The position numbers and the translations under genes are program-made. The notes beneath the pieces were generated by a model. The model saw only the letters and a list, made by a program, of their open reading frames with translations. It was not told the DNA's origin and did not search any database. From assembly GCF_000027125.1 (NCBI RefSeq), contig NC_017626.1: 64,000 nt of DNA; one strand, written 5' to 3'. Positions within the stretch are counted from its first letter, which is position 1. The number at the start of each line of letters is the position of its first letter. The DNA is from Escherichia coli 042 (GTDB lineage: Bacteria; Pseudomonadota; Gammaproteobacteria; Enterobacterales; Enterobacteriaceae). Below, in pieces: positions 25,471 to 37,093 of the stretch.

Positions 25471-26319
25471 GTGGCGCATCAGTTAAAACTTCTCAAAGAT
25501 GATTTTTTTGCCAGCGACCAGCAGGCAGTCGCTGTGGCTGACCGTTATCCGCAAGATGTCTTTGCTGAACATACACATGATTTTTGTGAGCTGGTAATTG
25601 TCTGGCGCGGTAATGGTCTGCATGTACTTAACGATCGCCCTTATCGCATTACCCGTGGCGATCTCTTTTACATTCATGCTGACGATAAACACTCCTACGC
25701 TTCCGTTAACGATCTGGTTTTGCAGAATATTATTTATTGCCCGGAGCGGCTGAAGCTGAATCTTGACTGGCAGGGGGCGATTCCGGGATTTAGTGCCAGC
25801 GCAGGGCAACCACACTGGCGCTTAGGTAGCGTGGGGATGGCGCAGGCGCGGCAGGTTATCGGTCAACTTGAGCATGAAAGTAGTCAGCATGTGCCGTTTG
25901 CTAACGAAATGGCAGAGTTGCTGTTCGGGCAGTTGGTGATGTTGCTGAATCGCCATCGTTACACCAGCGATTCGTTGCCGCCAACATCCAGCGAAACGTT
26001 GCTGGATAAGCTGATTACCCGGCTGGCGGCCAGCCTGAAAAGTCCCTTTGCGCTGGATAACTTTTGTGATGAGGCATCGTGCAGTGAGCGCGTTTTGCGT
26101 CAGCAATTTCGCCAGCAGACTGGCATGACCATCAATCAATATCTGCGGCAGGTCAGAGTGTGTCATGCGCAATATCTTCTCCAGCATAGCCGCCTGTTAA
26201 TCAGTGATATTTCAACCGAATGTGGCTTTGAAGATAGTAACTATTTTTCGGTGGTGTTTACCCGGGAAACCGGGATGACGCCCAGCCAGTGGCGTCATCT
26301 CAATTCGCAGAAAGATTAA
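25471..26319 (+). CDS. rhaR: AraC-family activator of rhaSR
   Basis: GTG at 25471 gives a 282-aa product [13 protein letters not shown]...; the track ORF extends upstream to 25360, so the start is uncertain. Confidence 0.8.
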   Translation: MAHQLKLLKDDFFASDQQAVAVADRYPQDVFAEHTHDFCELVIVWRGNGLHVLNDRPYRITRGDLFYIHADDKHSYASVNDLVLQNIIYCPERLKLNLDWQGAIPGFSASAGQPHWRLGSVGMAQARQVIGQLEHESSQHVPFANEMAELLFGQLVMLLNRHRYTSDSLPPTSSETLLDKLITRLAASLKSPFALDNFCDEASCSERVLRQQFRQQTGMTINQYLRQVRVCHAQYLLQHSRLLISDISTECGFEDSNYFSVVFTRETGMTPSQWRHLNSQKD

Positions 26320-27350
26320 TTCGCCATGCCCATGCCGACGATGTTGGCGGCAACAATAATCACCACACAACCGAGGCTCAACACCGTTACCGGACGGCGA
26401 CCTGCATTGTTCCACTCTTTCAGCACCAGCCCGACGATACCGCCGCACAATACATAGAAGCTCATATGCAGCATCCAGCTGATGTAGTCATACTGCGCCG
26501 GAATACGCGCGTGGCCCCAAGCATAGAAAAAGAATTGCAGATACCACATCAACCCGCCCAGTGCTGAGAGTAACACATTGTGAATGATCAGCGGTTTTGC
26601 CAGCGAGAAGTCGGCTTTTAGCGACAAATCCTTCACTTTTGCCAGACGAATGAAGCAGAAACCGAGGTTGATGATCGCGCCGCCGCCCATGATGACAACA
26701 TAGCTTGGCAGAGCGACATACAGTGGATCGACGCCCAGTGCGGCAGCGGCTTCATGCATCGGTTTTGCGGCGTTCATCGCAAAGGACATCCCGGCAGAGA
26801 AAATGCCGCACATCACCGCCAGCACCAGCCCTTTTTTCAGGTTGAACTCTTCGGCTTTAATGCCCATCTTGCGCTCTTTCAACTGCCCGGCGCGAGTTAC
26901 AATCCCTACGCCAATCAGCGCCACCAGAACGCCGAGCAACGTCATGCGTCCGCCTTCGGTATTAATCAGAACATCGAAATTGCCGTTGATAATTGGCGTC
27001 ATCAGCGTACCGACAATCAACGTAATGCCAATGGCGATGCCAATTCCCATCGACATGCCGAGATAACGCATGGTCAGGCCGTAGTTGATATTACCGATCC
27101 CCCACATTGCGCCGAACAGAAAAACAGGCAGCAGCGTAGAGAGACTAAACGAGCTGTAATACGCCCAGAAATTCGGCAGTAACAGGGCGCTGATGGCCCA
27201 CGGCAGAATAATCCACGAAACAATCCCACCAACTGACCACATGGTTTCCCATGACCATTTTTTTACTTTTTTGAACGGAGCGTAAAAACAGGCTGCACTG
27301 GCCGCGCCGATCAAATGCCAAAATATCCCCATCGTAATCGCGTTACTCAT
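26316..27350 (-). CDS. rhaT: L-rhamnose-proton symporter
   Basis: 344-aa polytopic membrane protein. Confidence 0.95.
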   Translation of the reverse strand: MSNAITMGIFWHLIGAASAACFYAPFKKVKKWSWETMWSVGGIVSWIILPWAISALLLPNFWAYYSSFSLSTLLPVFLFGAMWGIGNINYGLTMRYLGMSMGIGIAIGITLIVGTLMTPIINGNFDVLINTEGGRMTLLGVLVALIGVGIVTRAGQLKERKMGIKAEEFNLKKGLVLAVMCGIFSAGMSFAMNAAKPMHEAAAALGVDPLYVALPSYVVIMGGGAIINLGFCFIRLAKVKDLSLKADFSLAKPLIIHNVLLSALGGLMWYLQFFFYAWGHARIPAQYDYISWMLHMSFYVLCGGIVGLVLKEWNNAGRRPVTVLSLGCVVIIVAANIVGMGMAN

Positions 27351-27540
27351 CTTCTTATCCTCATCATTTTTCGTCGCGTCACATCTCCGACGAGATGAGT
27401 GTAAAAATCGTGCTGTCGATTAACCTTTCGCCTGTTGCCGCCGTTGTCGATTTACTGGCAATCACGGCATTAAGTGGGTGATTTGCTTCACATCTCGGGC
27501 ATTTTCCTGCAAAACCATACCCTTACGAAAAGTACGGCAT

Positions 27541-27580
27541 TGATAATCATTTTCAATATCATTTAATTAACTATAATGAA
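27541..27580 (+). promoter_or_regulatory. sodA promoter region with a Fur-box-like sequence and -10 TATAAT
   Basis: tgataatcattttcaatatcatt resembles the Fur consensus (GATAATGATAATCATTATC); TATAAT at 27573-27578, about 55 nt upstream of the sodA ATG. Confidence 0.5.
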
Positions 27581-27634
27581 CCAACTGCTTACGCGGCATT
27601 AACAATCGGCCGCCCGACAATACTGGAGATGAAT

Positions 27635-28255
27635 ATGAGCTATACCCTGCCATCCCTGCCGTATGCTTACGATGCCCTGGAACCGCACTTCGATAAGCAG
27701 ACCATGGAAATCCACCACACCAAACACCATCAGACCTACGTCAACAACGCCAACGCGGCGCTGGAAAGCCTGCCAGAATTTGCCAACCTGCCGGTTGAAG
27801 AGCTGATCACCAAACTGGACCAGCTGCCAGCAGACAAGAAAACCGTACTGCGCAACAACGCTGGCGGTCACGCCAACCACAGCCTGTTCTGGAAAGGTCT
27901 GAAAAAAGGCACCACCTTACAGGGTGACCTGAAAGCGGCTATCGAACGTGACTTCGGCTCCGTTGATAACTTCAAAGCAGAATTTGAGAAAGCGGCAGCT
28001 TCCCGCTTTGGTTCCGGCTGGGCATGGCTGGTGCTGAAAGGCGATAAACTGGCGGTGGTTTCTACTGCTAACCAGGATTCCCCGCTGATGGGTGAAGCTA
28101 TTTCTGGCGCTTCCGGCTTCCCGATTCTGGGCCTGGATGTGTGGGAACATGCTTACTACCTGAAATTCCAGAACCGCCGTCCGGACTACATCAAAGAGTT
28201 CTGGAACGTGGTGAACTGGGACGAAGCAGCGGCACGTTTCGCGGCGAAAAAATAA
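27635..28255 (+). CDS. sodA: Manganese superoxide dismutase
   Basis: 206-aa product [32 protein letters not shown]...; Fe/Mn SOD family. Confidence 0.97.
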   Translation: MSYTLPSLPYAYDALEPHFDKQTMEIHHTKHHQTYVNNANAALESLPEFANLPVEELITKLDQLPADKKTVLRNNAGGHANHSLFWKGLKKGTTLQGDLKAAIERDFGSVDNFKAEFEKAAASRFGSGWAWLVLKGDKLAVVSTANQDSPLMGEAISGASGFPILGLDVWEHAYYLKFQNRRPDYIKEFWNVVNWDEAAARFAAKK

Positions 28256-28312
28256 TCATTTGCCGCCTGCTGCAATGAGGCGTTAACGCCGCATATCAGC
28301 GTAAAAAATGAA

Positions 28313-28338
28313 CCATCGCCAACGGCGGTGGTTTTTTT
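28313..28338 (+). terminator. Rho-independent terminator of sodA
   Basis: GC-rich hairpin cgccaacggcg followed by ttttttt. Confidence 0.6.
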
Positions 28339-28514
28339 GTGATCAATTTCAAAATAAAAACAATGATCCGATAAAAATAAAATAGCGTTTCAATCGATGT
28401 GGTTTTGATCACTTTTATTGATTAAATGAATGTCTATCTTCGTTTCCATCAACACTGATGCTCCATTGAGGAATTACGCATCAGCCCTTAAAAATATGCC
28501 GACAGGTGATGGAA

Positions 28515-29498
28515 ATGCAGATAAAACGCTCGATTGAGAAAATCCCGGGGGGGATGATGCTCGTCCCGCTATTCCTTGGCGCACTGTGCCACACCTTCTC
28601 GCCGGAGGCGGGGAAATATTTTGGATCATTCACCAACGGGATGATTACCGGTACGGTGCCCATTCTGGCGGTGTGGTTTTTTTGCATGGGGGCGTCAATA
28701 AAATTAAGCGCGACGGGAACGGTACTGCGTAAATCCGGTACGCTGGTGGTAACTAAAATTGCCGTCGCGTGGGTGGTTGCGGCAATTGCCTCGCGCATTA
28801 TTCCGGAACATGGTGTTGAAGTGGGATTCTTTGCTGGACTTTCAACGCTGGCGCTGGTGGCGGCGATGGATATGACCAACGGCGGACTTTACGCTTCCAT
28901 CATGCAGCAGTACGGCACAAAAGAAGAAGCTGGGGCATTTGTGTTGATGTCATTGGAGTCCGGGCCGCTCATGACGATGATTATTCTGGGCACTGCCGGG
29001 ATTGCCTCGTTTGAACCGCATGTTTTCGTCGGCGCAGTATTACCGTTCCTGGTGGGCTTTGCCCTTGGGAACCTTGACCCTGAATTACGAGAATTTTTCA
29101 GCAAAGCGGTGCAGACGCTGATTCCATTCTTTGCCTTCGCGCTGGGCAATACCATTGATTTGACTGTAATTGCCCAGACAGGTTTGCTGGGGATCCTGTT
29201 GGGTGTGGCAGTAATTATCGTGACCGGTATTCCGTTGATTATCGCCGATAAATTGATTGGCGGTGGCGATGGCACTGCCGGAATTGCCGCTTCCAGTTCC
29301 GCAGGGGCCGCGGTAGCGACACCTGTGCTGATTGCTGAAATGGTGCCTGCGTTTAAACCGATGGCTCCGGCAGCAACTTCGCTGGTAGCGACGGCGGTCA
29401 TTGTGACTTCGATTCTGGTGCCAATTCTTACCTCTATCTGGTCACGTAAAGTCAAAGCCAGAGCGGCGAAAATCGAAATTTTAGGTACGGTGAAATAA
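28515..29498 (+). CDS. kdgT: 2-keto-3-deoxygluconate permease
   Basis: 327-aa membrane protein [24 protein letters not shown]... Confidence 0.9.
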   Translation: MQIKRSIEKIPGGMMLVPLFLGALCHTFSPEAGKYFGSFTNGMITGTVPILAVWFFCMGASIKLSATGTVLRKSGTLVVTKIAVAWVVAAIASRIIPEHGVEVGFFAGLSTLALVAAMDMTNGGLYASIMQQYGTKEEAGAFVLMSLESGPLMTMIILGTAGIASFEPHVFVGAVLPFLVGFALGNLDPELREFFSKAVQTLIPFFAFALGNTIDLTVIAQTGLLGILLGVAVIIVTGIPLIIADKLIGGGDGTAGIAASSSAGAAVATPVLIAEMVPAFKPMAPAATSLVATAVIVTSILVPILTSIWSRKVKARAAKIEILGTVK

Positions 29499-29646
29499 AC
29501 CTGCTTCCTTAATCCCCACAGCCGGATGAACTAACGTTCGTCCGGTTTGCTATTGAGTTCTTGCCTGGATACTTACCGCGAAAACAGCACGCCTGACATA
29601 AAATAAATATGGTCTAATGGGGAAATTTCTCGTGGAGAGGGAACAG

Positions 29647-30321
29647 ATGCGATATCCGGTTGATGTATACACAGGCAAGATTCAGGCTTATCCCGAAGGC
29701 AAACCCAGCGCAATTGCTAAAATCCAGGTTGATGGTGAGTTGATGCTGACGGAGCTGGGGCTGGAAGGTGACGAGCAGGCGGAGAAGAAGGTTCACGGCG
29801 GGCCAGACAGAGCGCTGTGTCATTATCCTCGTGAGCATTATCTCTACTGGGCGCGGGAATTTCCGGAACAGGCGGAGTTGTTTGTTGCGCCTGCGTTTGG
29901 CGAAAATCTCTCAACCGACGGTCTGACGGAAAGTAATGTTTATATGGGCGATATTTTCCGCTGGGGAGAGGCATTAATTCAGGTCAGCCAGCCACGCTCA
30001 CCTTGCTATAAACTCAATTACCATTTTGATATCAGCGATATAGCGCAGTTGATGCAAAACACAGGTAAAGTGGGGTGGTTGTATAGCGTGATAGCGCCAG
30101 GGTTGGTATCTGCTGATGCGCCGCTGGAGTTGGTTTCCCGTGTCAGTGATGTGACCGTGCAGGAGGCTGCCGCCATCGCATGGCATATGCCGTTTGATGA
30201 CGAGCAGTATCACCGTTTACTCTCCGCCGCCGGGTTATCGAAAAGCTGGACGCGGACGATGCAAAAGCGCCGACTGAGCGGCAAGATCGAAGATTTTTCC
30301 CGCCGGTTGTGGGGAAAATAA
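29647..30321 (+). CDS. yiiM: MOSC-domain protein
   Basis: Internal ATG gives the 224-aa product MRYPVDVYTGKIQAYPEG... Confidence 0.85.
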   Translation: MRYPVDVYTGKIQAYPEGKPSAIAKIQVDGELMLTELGLEGDEQAEKKVHGGPDRALCHYPREHYLYWAREFPEQAELFVAPAFGENLSTDGLTESNVYMGDIFRWGEALIQVSQPRSPCYKLNYHFDISDIAQLMQNTGKVGWLYSVIAPGLVSADAPLELVSRVSDVTVQEAAAIAWHMPFDDEQYHRLLSAAGLSKSWTRTMQKRRLSGKIEDFSRRLWGK

Positions 30322-30331
30322 CCCCCGGAGT

Positions 30332-30399
30332 GTAGGCCTGATAAGACGCTATCAGCGTCGCATCAGGCATCCTGCTCAAATGCCGGATGCGGCGTAAAC
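30332..30399. repeat. REP/BIME cluster, second REP unit interrupted by the IS insertion
   Basis: gtaggcctgataagacgctatcagcgtcgcatcaggc and gccggatgcggcgtaaac; joining the flank at 31832 onward (gccttatcctgcctacaatgcggag) restores a complete REP unit. Confidence 0.65.
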
Positions 30400-30450
30400 T
30401 GAACTGCACCCCAAATGTTGGACATAATCTGACATCTGAAGGTGCAGTTT

Positions 30451-30945
30451 ATGAAACATTCATTTGAAGTAAAACTTGCCGCTGTAAATCATTACCTGGC
30501 TGGTCATGCAGGCATCATTTCTACGGCAAAACTCTTTCAACTTTCTCACACCAGCCTCTCACACTGGATTAATCTTTTTCTTCTTCACGGTCCTCGGGCA
30601 CTGGATTGCAGACACAAGCGTAGCTATTCTCCTGAAGATAAACTTTGCGTGGTTCTTTATGCTCTCGGGCATTCTGAGTCTCTACCCCGGGTAGCTGCCC
30701 GGTTTAACATTCCCAGCCACAACACGGTTAAAAACTGGATAAAAGGCTACCGCAAATCTGGTAATGAGGCCTTTATCAGGCGCAGGAAGGAGAAAAGCAT
30801 GACCCGTTCTGATGATACCCATGAAAACGAGGCAAACATGACGCCGGAAGAGATGAAGAATGAGCTGCGTTATCTTCGCGCAGAAAATGCATATCTGAAA
30901 GCCATGCAGGAGCATCTCCTGGAAAAAAAGCGCCAGGAGCTGGAG

Positions 30946-30972
<27 letters not shown>
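30451..30972 (+). CDS. IS3-family transposase OrfA (HTH DNA-binding / leucine zipper)
   Basis: 173-aa product MKHSFEVKLAAVNHY...; AAGGTG RBS upstream; C-terminal coiled coil. Confidence 0.85.
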
Positions 30973-31831
<859 letters not shown>

Positions 31832-31861
31832 AAACGCCTTATCCTGCCTACAATGCGGAGT

Positions 31862-33235
31862 TTAACTCCGCTTATACAGCGGCAACCAAATCACCAGCCG
31901 TAAACCGCCAAGCGGGCTGTCTTCTGCCTTCACCCAGCCACGATGCTGCTGGATGGCGGTTTCAACAATCGCCAGCCCCAAACCTGTACCGCCAGATTCA
32001 CGATCGCGTGCTTCATCGGTACGATAGAACGGGCGGAAAATCTGCTCGCGATCTTCCGGGCTAACGCCAGGACCATCGTCATCCACCGTAATGGTGATGC
32101 CGTCTTTATCTACCGCGAAGCCTACTTCAATCTTCGTATTGGAATAACGCAGGGCATTACGAACAATGTTTTCCAGCGCACTTTCCAGAGCGTTCGGGTT
32201 GCCATACAGCGGCCACGGCCCAGGCGGGAAGTTAACCGTCAACGACTTGCCCATCTGCTCGGCTTCGAACGCCGCGTTATCCAGCACTTCACTCCACAAC
32301 TGGTTGGCTTTGATGGTCTCACTCACCAGCGCGTTTTTCTGCTGATTACGTGACATCACCAACAGATCGTTGATCATGCTGTCCAGACGTTGCGCTTCGG
32401 TTTCAATACGCTCCAGTTCCTTGCTTTCACCACTACGACGGCGCAGTAACGCCGTACCCAGTTGCAGACGCGTCAGCGGGGTGCGCAGCTCGTGAGAGAT
32501 ATCAGAAAGCAGACGCTGCTGAGAGGTCATCATGCGCTCCAGCGCGGTGACCATCTGGTTAAAACTGGCACCAGCGGCAAGGAATTCCTGTGGCCCCGCT
32601 TCAAGTTCCGGGTGCTGGCGTAAGTTTCCCTGGGCAACTTCATCGGCAGCGTTTTTCAGCTTACGCGCCGGTTTTGCCAGACTCCAGGCCAACCACAACA
32701 GCAGCGGCGTACTGACCAACATGGTGACAATCAGCAGTAATAGCGGGCGGTCAAACAGTAAGTTAATGAAATCGGATTGAGAACTGCTGGCTGGACGAAT
32801 CAGATAAAGTTGGTAATTATCTTCGCCATCACGCACTGAGAACGGACCGACCAGTTCCACGCGGCCATACTTTTTCTTCTGCGGATGATCGGCGTTATCG
32901 GCCTGACCAATAAAGTTACGAATGATCTGCATTTCGCTGCGTTCAGCGCCGATAACGCGGCCTTCGGTGGTCACCAATAACAAACGCTGTCCTGGCGGTG
33001 CCCACTTATCAATCGCCCGGAACAGACGCCGCCACCACATTAAATCGTTGGGCGGATCGTTCGCCAGCTCCGCTTCGACATGCTGCTCAATCATCAGACC
33101 CTGACGCTGTTCGCTATCCAGAAGCTCGGTCATCTGGCGTGAATCGAGCTTGGGTAACATCAAAACTAACATCAACACCAGCGCCAGCGTCAGCCAGAAG
33201 ATGGCGAAGATGCGCGCGGTTAAGCTGCCTATCAT
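31862..33235 (-). CDS. cpxA: Envelope-stress sensor histidine kinase
   Basis: 457-aa product with two TM segments, HAMP, and a histidine kinase core. Confidence 0.95.
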   Translation of the reverse strand: MIGSLTARIFAIFWLTLALVLMLVLMLPKLDSRQMTELLDSEQRQGLMIEQHVEAELANDPPNDLMWWRRLFRAIDKWAPPGQRLLLVTTEGRVIGAERSEMQIIRNFIGQADNADHPQKKKYGRVELVGPFSVRDGEDNYQLYLIRPASSSQSDFINLLFDRPLLLLIVTMLVSTPLLLWLAWSLAKPARKLKNAADEVAQGNLRQHPELEAGPQEFLAAGASFNQMVTALERMMTSQQRLLSDISHELRTPLTRLQLGTALLRRRSGESKELERIETEAQRLDSMINDLLVMSRNQQKNALVSETIKANQLWSEVLDNAAFEAEQMGKSLTVNFPPGPWPLYGNPNALESALENIVRNALRYSNTKIEVGFAVDKDGITITVDDDGPGVSPEDREQIFRPFYRTDEARDRESGGTGLGLAIVETAIQQHRGWVKAEDSPLGGLRLVIWLPLYKRS

Positions 33236-33930
33236 GAAGCAGAAACCATCAGATAGCCGCGACCACGCAAGGTTTTAAACCACGGGTGACCATCTTTACG
33301 ATCCGGCAGTTTACGACGCAGGTTGGAAATGTGCATATCGATAGCGCGGTCGAAAGGCGTCAGCCGTTTGCCCAGCACTTCCTGGCTTAAATGCTCACGG
33401 GAAACCACCTGACCCAGATGCTGTGCCAGCAAATAGAGCAGGGTAAACTCAGTGCCGGTTAGCTCCAGCGTTTGCCCGTCGAAGCTGGCTTCCTGACGGC
33501 CTGGATTCAGCACTAAGGCATCAACTTCCAGTGTCGGTGAACCGTTGTCGTTGTTTTGCTGTTGCTCGCTCCAGTGCGAACGGCGCAGGATCGCGCGAAT
33601 ACGTGCCACCAGCTCACGATCATTAAACGGTTTCGGGAGATAGTCATCTGCGCCCAGCTCAAGGCCGAGAACGCGATCAAGTTCACTGCCGCGCGCCGTC
33701 AACATAATGACAGGCGTCTGGTGTGTCTGGCGAAGTGCTTTTAATGTGTCGATACCATTTTTCTTCGGCATCATTACATCAAGCAAAAGTAAATCAATGC
33801 TGTCGTCCAGAAGATCAAGCGCCTGTTCCCCATCGTGGGCAACAATCACGTTGAAGCCTTCCATCTCGAGCAGCTCCTTTAATAGGGAAGTCAGCTCTCG
33901 GTCATCATCAACTAACAGGATTTTATTCAT
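33232..33930 (-). CDS. cpxR: Envelope-stress response regulator (OmpR family)
   Basis: 232-aa product MNKILLVDDDRELTSLL...; ATGA overlap with cpxA. Confidence 0.95.
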   Translation of the reverse strand: MNKILLVDDDRELTSLLKELLEMEGFNVIVAHDGEQALDLLDDSIDLLLLDVMMPKKNGIDTLKALRQTHQTPVIMLTARGSELDRVLGLELGADDYLPKPFNDRELVARIRAILRRSHWSEQQQNNDNGSPTLEVDALVLNPGRQEASFDGQTLELTGTEFTLLYLLAQHLGQVVSREHLSQEVLGKRLTPFDRAIDMHISNLRRKLPDRKDGHPWFKTLRGRGYLMVSAS

Positions 33931-33984
33931 TGTTTAAATACCTCCGAGGCAGAAATTACGTCATCAGACGTCGCTAATCCATGA

Positions 33985-34000
33985 CTTTACGTTGTTTTAC
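33985..34000 (-). promoter_or_regulatory. CpxR-P binding site in the cpxR/cpxP divergent promoter region
   Basis: Reverse complement reads GTAAAACAACGTAAAG, a perfect GTAAA-N5-GTAAA CpxR consensus. Confidence 0.65.
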
Positions 34001-34079
34001 ACCCCCTGACGCATGTTTGCAGCCTGAATCGTAAACTCTCTATCGTTGAATCGCGACAGAAAGATTTTGGGAGCAAATG

Positions 34080-34580
34080 ATGCGCATAGTTACCGCTGCC
34101 GTCATGGCCTCAACGCTGGCAGTCAGTTCATTAAGCCACGCTGCTGAAGTCGGTTCAGGCGATAACTGGCATCCGGGTGAAGAACTTACGCAGCGCAGTA
34201 CGCAGAGCCATATGTTCGACGGCATAAGTTTAACCGAACATCAGCGTCAGCAGATGCGAGATCTTATGCAACAGGCCCGGCACGAACAGCCTCCTGTTAA
34301 TGTTAGCGAACTGGAGACAATGCATCGCCTTGTCACCGCAGAAAATTTTGATGAAAACGCTGTGCGCGCACAGGCAGAAAAAATGGCGAATGAGCAAATT
34401 GCTCGTCAGGTTGAGATGGCAAAAGTCCGCAACCAAATGTATCGCCTGTTAACGCCGGAGCAGCAAGCGGTTTTAAACGAGAAACATCAACAACGAATGG
34501 AGCAGTTGCGCGACGTGACGCAATGGCAAAAAAGTTCATCGTTGAAGCTATTGAGTAGTAGCAACTCACGTTCCCAGTAG
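34080..34580 (+). CDS. cpxP: Periplasmic Cpx pathway inhibitor/adaptor CpxP
   Basis: Second ATG gives the 166-aa product [17 protein letters not shown]...; contains LTxxQ motifs. Confidence 0.95.
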
Positions 34581-34588
34581 TAAACCCT

Positions 34589-34647
34589 GTTTTCCTTGCC
34601 ATAGACACCATCCCTGTCTTCCCCCACATGATGTGGGGGTTTTTTTT
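34589..34647 (+). ncRNA. cpxQ: Candidate 3'UTR-derived sRNA CpxQ
   Basis: Position corresponds to the cpxP 3' UTR ending at the intrinsic terminator, where CpxQ is known to be generated by RNase E processing in E. coli/Salmonella. The 5' boundary is approximate. Confidence 0.5.
34621..34647 (+). terminator. Rho-independent terminator of cpxP
   Basis: cccccacatgatgtggggg perfect hairpin followed by a run of T residues. Confidence 0.85.
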
Positions 34648-34728
34648 ATCCTCAATTTGCCTGCTGCTTAATGCATTGCAGATGATTTGCTTCCGTTATA
34701 CTAGCGTCAGTTGATAGCGGGAGTATTT

Positions 34729-35631
34729 ATGAATCAATCTTATGGACGGCTGGTCAGTCGGGCGGCGATTGCTGCAACGGCGATGGCTTCACTGCTATTG
34801 CTGATTAAAATTTTTGCATGGTGGTATACCGGGTCGGTGAGTATTCTCGCCGCGCTGGTGGATTCGCTGGTGGATATCGGCGCGTCGTTGACGAATTTAC
34901 TGGTGGTGCGATATTCCCTGCAACCTGCCGACGATAATCACTCGTTTGGTCACGGTAAAGCTGAGTCCCTCGCGGCGCTGGCGCAAAGTATGTTTATCTC
35001 CGGTTCGGCACTATTCCTCTTTTTGACGGGTATTCAACATCTGATATCTCCAACACCGATGACAGATCCAGGCGTCGGGGTTATCGTGACAATTGTGGCG
35101 CTAATTTGTACGATTATCCTTGTCTCGTTTCAGCGGTGGGTGGTGCGCCGGACGCAAAGCCAGGCGGTGCGGGCTGATATGCTACATTACCAGTCTGATG
35201 TTATGATGAACGGCGCAATTCTGCTGGCGCTGGGGTTGTCCTGGTACGGCTGGCATCGCGCCGATGCTCTGTTTGCATTGGGAATCGGCATCTATATTTT
35301 ATATAGCGCGTTACGCATGGGATATGAGGCGGTACAGTCATTACTGGATCGCGCATTACCTGATGAGGAACGGCAAGAAATTATTGATATCGTGACTTCC
35401 TGGCCGGGTGTTAGCGGCGCTCACGATCTTCGCACGCGGCAGTCAGGGCCGACCCGCTTTATTCAGATTCATTTGGAAATGGAAGACTCTCTGCCTTTGG
35501 TTCAGGCACATATGGTGGCGGATCAGGTAGAGCAGGCTATTTTACGGCGTTTTCCGGGATCGGATGTGATTATCCATCAGGACCCCTGTTCCGTCGTACC
35601 CAGGGAGGGTAAACGGTCTATGCTTTCATAA
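34729..35631 (+). CDS. fieF: Cation-diffusion-facilitator Fe/Zn efflux transporter
   Basis: Internal ATG gives the 300-aa product [20 protein letters not shown]... Confidence 0.9.
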
Positions 35632-35811
35632 TCAGTATAAAAGAGAGCCAGACCCGCATTTTGTGTATAAAATACCGCCATTTGGCCTGACCTGAATCAA
35701 TTCAGCAGGAAGTGATTGCTATACTATTTGCACATTCGTTGGATCACTTCGATGTGCAAGAAGACTTCCGGCAACAGATTTCATTTTGCATTCCAAAGTT
35801 CAGAGGTAGTC

Positions 35812-36774
35812 ATGATTAAGAAAATCGGTGTGTTGACAAGCGGCGGTGATGCGCCAGGCATGAACGCCGCAATTCGCGGGGTTGTTCGTTCTGCGCTGAC
35901 AGAAGGTCTGGAAGTAATGGGCATTTATGACGGCTATCTGGGTCTGTATGAAGACCGTATGGTACAGCTAGACCGTTACAGCGTTTCTGACATGATCAAC
36001 CGTGGTGGTACGTTCCTCGGTTCTGCGCGTTTCCCGGAATTCCGCGACGAGAACATCCGCGCCGTGGCTATCGAAAACCTGAAAAAACGTGGTATCGACG
36101 CGCTGGTGGTTATCGGCGGTGACGGTTCCTACATGGGTGCAATGCGTCTGACCGAAATGGGCTTCCCGTGCATCGGTCTGCCGGGCACTATCGACAACGA
36201 CATCAAAGGCACTGACTACACTATCGGTTTCTTCACTGCGCTGAGCACCGTTGTAGAAGCGATCGACCGTCTGCGTGACACCTCTTCTTCTCACCAGCGT
36301 ATTTCCGTGGTGGAAGTGATGGGCCGTTATTGTGGCGATCTGACCCTGGCTGCGGCCATTGCCGGTGGCTGTGAATTCGTTGTAGTTCCGGAAGTTGAAT
36401 TCAGCCGTGAAGACCTGGTAAACGAAATCAAAGCGGGTATCGCGAAAGGTAAAAAACACGCGATCGTGGCGATTACCGAACATATGTGTGATGTTGACGA
36501 ACTGGCGCATTTCATCGAGAAAGAAACCGGTCGTGAAACCCGCGCAACTGTGCTGGGCCACATCCAGCGCGGTGGTTCTCCGGTGCCTTACGACCGTATT
36601 CTGGCTTCCCGTATGGGCGCTTACGCTATCGATCTGCTGCTGGCAGGTTACGGCGGTCGTTGCGTAGGTATCCAGAACGAACAGCTGGTTCACCACGACA
36701 TCATCGACGCTATCGAAAACATGAAGCGTCCGTTCAAAGGCGACTGGCTGGACTGCGCGAAAAAACTGTATTAA
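35812..36774 (+). CDS. pfkA: 6-phosphofructokinase I
   Basis: 320-aa product [23 protein letters not shown]...; the track ORF start at 35716 is an upstream extension. Confidence 0.97.
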
Positions 36775-36825
36775 TGATTTCGGAAAAAGGCAGATTCCTT
36801 TAGCCTGAAACCGATGACAGAAGCA

Positions 36826-36932
36826 AAAAGGCCTGATGCGCTTCGCTTATCAGGCCTACATGAATTCTGTAATCTATTGAATTTGCAAACTTTTATAGGT
36901 CGGATAAGGCGTTTGTGCCGCATCCGGCATGG
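36826..36932. repeat. REP/BIME cluster between pfkA and sbp
   Basis: ggcctgatgcgcttcgcttatcaggcctaca and taggtcggataaggcgtttgtgccgcatccggca REP units. Confidence 0.6.
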
Positions 36933-37093
36933 ACAAAGCGCACTTTGTCAGCAATATGAGGCGGATTTCTTCCGCCTTTTTAATCCCCCAACATATACCC
37001 GCAAGTTATAGCCAATCTTTTTTTATTCTTTAATGTTTGGTTAACCTTCTGGCACGCTTTGCTCATCACAACACAACATAAGAGAGTCGGGCG

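Noticed and set aside
28256-28514. Possible KdgR operator upstream of kdgT (aaatagcgtttcaat)
   Set aside because: Only a partial match to the KdgR palindrome as I recall it; too weak to annotate without a weight-matrix scan.
28889-29455. 188-aa reverse-strand ORF
   Set aside because: Antisense to kdgT.
35716-35811. N-terminal extensions of pfkA, and likewise of cdh (37998), glpX (to 43950), glpK (to 45587), metB (56631), priA (to 55142) and metJ (to 56576) in the ORF track
   Set aside because: The longest-ORF starts lack an RBS or run through upstream terminators or REP elements; internal starts reproduce the expected protein N-termini.
35968-36696. 242-aa reverse-strand ORF
   Set aside because: Antisense to pfkA; unusual Thr/Val/His-rich composition with no recognisable family.
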